Shown here: positions 59,096 through 64,000 of the stretch, piece by piece
Position numbering within the stretch: position 1 is the first letter of the stretch
How the letters are laid out: every line of letters begins with the position of its first letter
Origin: Candidatus Campbellbacteria bacterium
GTDB taxonomy: Bacteria > Patescibacteriota > Minisyncoccia > Phycocordibacterales > GCA-2747955
Reading direction: 5' to 3'
DNA: 64,000 bases
Assembly: GCA_002747955.1 (NCBI GenBank)
Contig: PDQZ01000010.1
Location: 18,931 to 82,930, forward strand
Program-made: the position numbers and the translations under genes
The notes under the pieces: model-generated
What the model saw: only the letters and a program-made list of their open reading frames with translations
What the model was told of the DNA's origin: nothing
The model's database searches: none

Positions 59096-59177
59096 TGCCC
59101 AGGATGGGAGTCGAACCCATACCACCGAAGTGACAAGATTTTAAGTCTTGCGTGTATACCAATTTCACCACCTGGGC
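59096..59177 (-). tRNA. tRNA-Leu (anticodon TAA)
   Basis: rc: gcccaggTGgtgaaattggtatac...caaga-CTTAAAA-tcttg, a long variable arm tcacttcggtgg, T-arm ggttcgactcc, and acceptor cctgggc-a. Confidence 0.8.
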
Positions 59178-59195
59178 ATAACCTTACACACTAAG

Positions 59196-59268
59196 AGGCA
59201 TGGGCGGGAATCGAACCCGCGCAATGTCGGTTTTGCAGACCGAAGCGTTACCACTTCGCCACCATGCC
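59196..59268 (-). tRNA. tRNA-Cys (anticodon GCA)
   Basis: rc: ggcatggTGgcgaagtggtaacgc-tcggt-CTGCAAA-accga...gcgggttcgattcccgc-ccatgcc-t. Confidence 0.8.
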
Positions 59269-59350
59269 TTTTAAAGTATAAAGTAAAAGTATTATAACAA
59301 ATTTTTTTAAAAAACAAAATCTTAAAATTACAAATAATTAACATAAAAAG

Positions 59351-59408
59351 AAAAAAGCCCATTTTCGCACTGCTTTAAATTTTAAAAGAGCGAAAATGGG
59401 CTTTTTTA
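59351..59408. repeat. Hairpin repeat family A, copy 3
   Basis: aaaaaagcccattttcgcactgctttaaattttaaaagagcgaaaatgggctttttt. Lies between the tRNA cluster and the SanA-like gene. Confidence 0.75.
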
Positions 59409-59411
59409 TTT

Positions 59412-60080
59412 TTATCTAATCTCAATTTTCTGACCATAAAATCTTGGTTCAACCCCAACTAAAATATCATAAAGCATTTTAACTCGAGCAAAAACTTCTC
59501 TGAAATGCACTTTGAAATTCCCAATTTTAGGGTCTTCCGCTGCAAAACCAACAGCATCTATTCCATAAAAATTTGCCAAAAACAAAGCCCTTTGCAAATG
59601 AAATTTTTGAGAAACCAAAGTTATTTTTTCTTGTCCAAAAACCTCCTTTGATCTGACAACAGAATCAAGTGTTCTAAAACCTGCATAATCCAAAAACATT
59701 TTATCTTCTGGAACTCCAAGTTTTAGTAAATCTTTTTGCATATCAACCGGCTCGTTATAATACTTTGTAGGATTTGAACCTGATAAAATCAAAAAGTTAA
59801 CCTTCCCTGCTTCAAACAAATCATTGGCTGTTTTAATACGTTCTTTATAAAACAAGTTGTTAGCCCCTTTGGTATTTGCTAAATATTTTGAAGTTCCTAA
59901 AATCAAGGCTGTTTTATTTTTAGGCAATTCTACAATATCCGTATAAATTTTGTTTTTTGAAACAAGCAAAACTGCAATATTTGAAAACAAAATCAAACAA
60001 AACAAAAAAAGCAAAAAAAATAAAATAGTTTTTCTTGTGACTTTATATATTTTATTTTCTTTTACTTTTTTTAGACTCAT
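59412..60080 (-). CDS. SanA/YdcF (DUF218) family protein
   Basis: N-terminal TM anchor, then LILGTSKY...FLILSGSN...DYAGFRTLDSVVRSKEVFGQEKITLVSQKFHLQRALFLA. Confidence 0.65.
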   Translation of the reverse strand: MSLKKVKENKIYKVTRKTILFFLLFLFCLILFSNIAVLLVSKNKIYTDIVELPKNKTALILGTSKYLANTKGANNLFYKERIKTANDLFEAGKVNFLILSGSNPTKYYNEPVDMQKDLLKLGVPEDKMFLDYAGFRTLDSVVRSKEVFGQEKITLVSQKFHLQRALFLANFYGIDAVGFAAEDPKIGNFKVHFREVFARVKMLYDILVGVEPRFYGQKIEIR

Positions 60081-60101
60081 ATATTATATTTTAACTTTTT
60101 T

Positions 60102-61106
60102 TTAAATTAATTTAAACATTTTTAGGGCAAAAAATGTGTAAAAAATTAAAAACATTAAGCCTTCCCAAATATAAATTTTTTTTGTTTGAGCTGAAATATA
60201 GAAAATCAAAGTAGTAATAGCTAAAAATGGAAGACCAATTTGTAAAGTAATCTCATCAAGTTTAATGTTTTTATAAAGCCCTACAATACCTGTAATCATC
60301 AAAATATTGAAAACATTTGAACCAAAAACGTTTCCAAAGGCCAAGTCAGTCTTTCCTCTAAAGACAGCCTTGGTTGAAACTAAAATCTCAGGTAAAGATG
60401 TCCCAATAGCAACAGCCGACATTGAGATTACATCTTCTGCAACATCAAATTTTTCAGACATGGCAACAACAGAATCAATCAAATAATTTGCCCCTAAAGC
60501 AAGCAACACACCACCGCCAAGTAAAAGTGCAAAATCTCTTACTTCAAGTTTTGTTACAACTTCTTCTTTATTTTCTTTTGCTTGTTTTTTTTCATCTGCT
60601 GCTTCTCTAATTTTGTCATCTTCTGTCAAAAACTTTTTATTATTTAACAAGTAAGCAATATAAACAATGAAAGTTATAAAAATAATAAAGGCTTCCGCAA
60701 AACTAACTGTTCCGTCATAAGCAACAAACAAAAACAAAGAAGTTGAAATAACCAGAAGTGGAATTTCAATATTTGTTAAATTTTTAGTTGTTTGAATAAC
60801 TCCTCCTAAAATGGCGGCAAAACCTGCTACAAGCAAAATATTTGCTACATTTGAACCAACCACATTGGCAGCAACAATCCCTGTTTTTCCATCCATAGCT
60901 GCTACAAACGATGAGGCAAGTTCTGGAAGTGAAGTTCCAACACCAACAATCAAAGCACCGATCACAAAAGCTGGCAGTTTAAAATATCTACCAATTCTTT
61001 CAGCTCCTTCTAGAAGAAAGTCTGAACCTTTTACAAGTCCCACCATTGAAACTAAAAATATTCCAACAAGAATAAATGAACTTAATTCCTTTGTAATTTC
61101 TATCAT
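60102..61106 (-). CDS. Ca2+/cation antiporter (CaCA / YrbG family)
   Basis: Two alpha-repeat motifs GTSLPELASSFVAA and GTSLPEILVST, each followed by GSNVxNIL. About 10 TM helices. Confidence 0.8.
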   Translation of the reverse strand: MIEITKELSSFILVGIFLVSMVGLVKGSDFLLEGAERIGRYFKLPAFVIGALIVGVGTSLPELASSFVAAMDGKTGIVAANVVGSNVANILLVAGFAAILGGVIQTTKNLTNIEIPLLVISTSLFLFVAYDGTVSFAEAFIIFITFIVYIAYLLNNKKFLTEDDKIREAADEKKQAKENKEEVVTKLEVRDFALLLGGGVLLALGANYLIDSVVAMSEKFDVAEDVISMSAVAIGTSLPEILVSTKAVFRGKTDLAFGNVFGSNVFNILMITGIVGLYKNIKLDEITLQIGLPFLAITTLIFYISAQTKKIYIWEGLMFLIFYTFFALKMFKLI

Positions 61107-61128
61107 ATATTTATTTTATTTATTTTTT

Positions 61129-62151
61129 TTAAAAAGTTTTTGAAATCATTGCTTTTTTGTAAACATCTAAATGGTTCAAAGCAATTCCTGTTCCACGCGC
61201 CACACAAGTTAAAGGATCATCTGCGATAAAAGCTTTAACTTTTGTTTGTTCTTCTACAAGCTGAGGCAGTCTCCTTAACTGACTTGTTCCCCCAGTTAAT
61301 GTAATTCCAGATTCGATTACGTCTGAAGCAAGTTCAGGCGGAGTTTGAGCCAAAACATCTTTAATGGCTTTAATCATTTCTCCTAAGTTTTTAGAAATAG
61401 CTTTAACCACATCGTTTGTTGAAACTTCAATAGTTTTAGGAAGCTCTGTTGTATAATCTCGTCCTGAAACTTTGATTTTTAATTCTTCGTTGGGTTCAAA
61501 AGGTACAGCTGAACCTACTTCAATTTTAATTTTCTCAGCAGTTTTTTCACCAATAGCTAGGTTATAAGTTTTTTTAACATAGTCCACAATAGCTTTGTCG
61601 ATTTTGTTTCCAGCTGATTTAACAGAGTTTGCACACACAATTCCTCCAAGTGAAATAACAGCAACATCGGTTGTTCCACCACCTATGTCAACGATCATTC
61701 TTCCTGTCGCCTCTTCGATTTTCATTCCAGATCCAATTGCTCCTAAAATAGGTTCTTTTACAATATATGCTTTTTTAGCTCCAGCTTTCATGGCTGCTTC
61801 AATCACAGCACGTCGCTCTGTTGAGTTAATCCCAGCAGGAACCGAGATCATCACTTCCGGTTTGAAAAGCGCAAACTTCCCTACGGCTTTTTTGATAAAA
61901 TATGCAAGCATTGCTTCTGTAACACGATAGTCAGCAATCACTCCGTCTTTCATTGGCTTATAAGCAATAATTTCATCTGGAGTCTTTCCAATCATGGTTT
62001 TTGCTTCAGCCCCAATGGCTAAAATCTTTTTTTTGTCTTCTGAAATAGCAACAACAGACGGTTCGTTAATAACCACACCTTTGTTTGGTAAATACACTAA
62101 AACATTTGCTGTCCCTAAATCAATTCCTAATTTTTTGGTCAATAAACTCAT
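61129..62151 (-). CDS. mreB: Rod shape-determining protein MreB
   Basis: LGIDLGTANVLVY, DIGGGTTDVAVIS and the actin-fold phosphate loops. Confidence 0.9.
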   Translation of the reverse strand: MSLLTKKLGIDLGTANVLVYLPNKGVVINEPSVVAISEDKKKILAIGAEAKTMIGKTPDEIIAYKPMKDGVIADYRVTEAMLAYFIKKAVGKFALFKPEVMISVPAGINSTERRAVIEAAMKAGAKKAYIVKEPILGAIGSGMKIEEATGRMIVDIGGGTTDVAVISLGGIVCANSVKSAGNKIDKAIVDYVKKTYNLAIGEKTAEKIKIEVGSAVPFEPNEELKIKVSGRDYTTELPKTIEVSTNDVVKAISKNLGEMIKAIKDVLAQTPPELASDVIESGITLTGGTSQLRRLPQLVEEQTKVKAFIADDPLTCVARGTGIALNHLDVYKKAMISKTF

Positions 62152-62269
62152 AAGCTATATTATATCAAAAAATAAATAAAAAACTATTTTTTGTAAAAGT
62201 TTTCAAAATAATATTTATTTGAAAATAAAAAACCCGTTCACCTCCATGTAAACGAGTTCTGGATAGAGT

Positions 62270-63007
62270 TTATAAGACACTTCTTCTTTCTCTTATGTAA
62301 TTCATTATACGATCTCTCGTCTCATAATCTATCCAGTCAAAATTATAAATTGGAAGATCCCTGTCTCCATTGTACTGATACATCACAAATCGATAACATA
62401 GAACATCTTCCTCATTAAACATCGCTTTTCTGTATTCACTTTTAAGCAAGTTTGATTTTCGATATTTTTCTTTCAATCCTTGAAGTAGCTGGTTATAAGT
62501 TTTACCTCTAACTTTACTTAAACAATATTCCTTTTGTTCTTGCAAATTCATTTGTTCACCTTTCACCGGCTTTATTTCCTCTTTTGGAATTTCAATTCCT
62601 TGTTCTTTGCTCAACTCCCTGAAAACAATTCCAAAAGAATGTTTTTGTTGCAAAAATACTCTCCTTGTATTTTCCAGATCTTCTTCAAAATATGTTTTTT
62701 CAATAAATTCTGGTGTATTTATCATACTTATAAGAAGTATGCATCCACTTTCATTTATTTTTTTATAATCTTCATAAAATTCCTCGTCTGATTTTGGTTC
62801 ATAGTTTTTTTCAAAAAAATCTTGAGAAATGCCATACATCTTCAAAATTTCTTTAAATTTTTTACCACCAACCTTATCAGCACAATAGGAAGCATGCTCT
62901 CTGAAAGGAAGATCCTTCAGCTTTTTTTCTTCTGTTAGCTTGGACGATGTACATCCAAATAACAAAATAGAAAGAAAAAGGGTTACCACAATACTTTTAA
63001 TGTTCAT
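62270..63007 (-). CDS. Lipoprotein, hypothetical
   Basis: Lipobox LSILLFGCTSS. 245 aa. Confidence 0.5.
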   Translation of the reverse strand: MNIKSIVVTLFLSILLFGCTSSKLTEEKKLKDLPFREHASYCADKVGGKKFKEILKMYGISQDFFEKNYEPKSDEEFYEDYKKINESGCILLISMINTPEFIEKTYFEEDLENTRRVFLQQKHSFGIVFRELSKEQGIEIPKEEIKPVKGEQMNLQEQKEYCLSKVRGKTYNQLLQGLKEKYRKSNLLKSEYRKAMFNEEDVLCYRFVMYQYNGDRDLPIYNFDWIDYETRDRIMNYIRERRSVL

Positions 63008-63277
63008 CTGAACTCTCCTGCTTTTACAAGCAAAAATAAAATAAAAAGTTTATATACAAGTTTTTATTAAAAACTTGTATATAAACAAACTAAAAAAATT
63101 TTAAAATAATTGTATGTTTGATGAAAGTATACGTCATCATTTAACATAAAATTTATTTTTAATAAAGTGTTATTTAAGAAAAACATTTTTACCTCCTTGG
63201 ATAATTGTTTTAAAAATCATTGACTAACTACATTATATATTATATAAAAAAAAAAGCAAGTGCTTTTTTAAGAAACA

Positions 63278-64000
63278 TTACCTTTTATAAAACGCCCACG
63301 AGATATCTTGCCCCAGTCTTCTACTTCTTTCCATACTTACAGGAACACACGAACCTTCAATCCCTCCATGTTCTCTTACAGCTTCTTTACACCCTTCAAG
63401 AGTACTATCATATTCACAATTCCTTAAAGCACCGAAAACACAATTTTCATCTTCCACAAATTTCACATCTATTCTTTGTGCCCCTTGTTCATGATAAGCA
63501 TTTATTTTATCTCTAATAGCATCTACCACCACTTCTTGCTCACTTCTTAATTCTAAATTAAGCATATCTTTACAAGTAAATCCCGTAGTTACATCAAGCC
63601 AACCTCTACCTCTTTCATATTTTTCAGCCAAACACTCACCTATGCTGTTATAACAATATATTTTTTGACTCCTATCTGCAAAAACATAATCATCTCTCCC
63701 CTTAGCATACATACAATATCTGTTTGTGTTATTTTGTCTCATTTGTTCCTTCGCATCTGTTCCGAATCTTAAATAACAACCACTTATACGAACAAGTCCA
63801 TTAGTATCTGTCTGTGTATTGAAAAAAGATTGTTCATCTATACACTCCTCTTTTGTCATACATCTTTTTTCATAACCACCAATTAGCGTATTGTGATCAT
63901 CATTTAAATAACACCACCTATCCTCCGGAGTTTCAGGATCGTTGTTTGTATCTGTTAAAGAAGCATTACTTGAAGCTGTTCCTGAAATTGAAAAATTACT
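63278..64000 (-). CDS. Cys-rich hypothetical protein (partial; ORF continues upstream past the window end)
   Basis: The tracked ORF begins at an internal Met. The same frame stays open through 63860..64000. At least 12 Cys in the visible part. Confidence 0.45.
   Translation of the reverse strand, partial: SNFSISGTASSNASLTDTNNDPETPEDRWCYLNDDHNTLIGGYEKRCMTKEECIDEQSFFNTQTDTNGLVRISGCYLRFGTDAKEQMRQNNTNRYCMYAKGRDDYVFADRSQKIYCYNSIGECLAEKYERGRGWLDVTTGFTCKDMLNLELRSEQEVVVDAIRDKINAYHEQGAQRIDVKFVEDENCVFGALRNCEYDSTLEGCKEAVREHGGIEGSCVPVSMERSRRLGQDISWAFYKR

Noticed and set aside
63046-63090. 17-bp AT-only inverted repeat (gtttatatacaagttttt / aaaaacttgtatataaac)
   Set aside because: It is consistent with an ordinary intrinsic terminator for the minus-strand gene ending at 63278 and is not distinctive enough to call a regulatory site.

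Overview
This 64-kb window is very AT-rich (roughly 30% GC by eye) and densely coded on both strands with short intergenic spacers. About two thirds of it is housekeeping: rbfA, infB, mltG, a frameshifted clpB-like gene, dnaG-rpoD, dnaJ, aspS, valS, ldh, a malic enzyme gene, gpmI, a PBP2 transpeptidase gene, typA, a dksA-like gene, a ZIP transporter gene, rnhB, gyrA, rpsP, mreB and four tRNA genes (Lys-TTT, Lys-CTT, Leu-TAA, Cys-GCA). Several of these proteins are unusually short (IF-2 about 506 aa, ValRS 731 aa, AspRS 488 aa). Together with the compactness this suggests a reduced-genome, CPR/Patescibacteria-like bacterium using the standard genetic code; this is inference only. The accessory content is in three places. 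First, a minimal type-IV-secretion-like cluster at 32179..36746: a PrgI/VirB3-like membrane protein, a VirB4 ATPase split in-frame into two ORFs, a NYN-domain nuclease-like protein and a membrane protein. Second, a tandem pair of diverged small paralogs, each carrying its own perfect TTGACA-N17-TATAAT promoter and a near-identical terminator (38905..39880). Third, a defence-type island between rnhB and rpsP: two beta-class DNA methyltransferases plus an HNH nuclease (a Type II, possibly IIS, R-M system), a 900-bp ORF-free AT-rich stretch, a HigB/HigA-like toxin-antitoxin pair, and a 44-aa Cys-rich peptide gene next to gyrA. The island also holds a roughly 800-aa NPPY N6-adenine methyltransferase (MmeI-like architecture, inferred) whose 5' end carries a 10-nt poly-C/G tract. 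The frames are arranged so that a +1 change in tract length fuses an upstream ATG-initiated ORF to the methyltransferase, which is the classic layout of a phase-variable methyltransferase. The genome also carries several families of repeated GC-clamped hairpin elements, a 116-bp MITE-like direct repeat after rpoD and dnaJ, and two very long perfect palindromes (101 bp and 85 bp). No CRISPR array, rRNA gene, integrase or transposase was seen.
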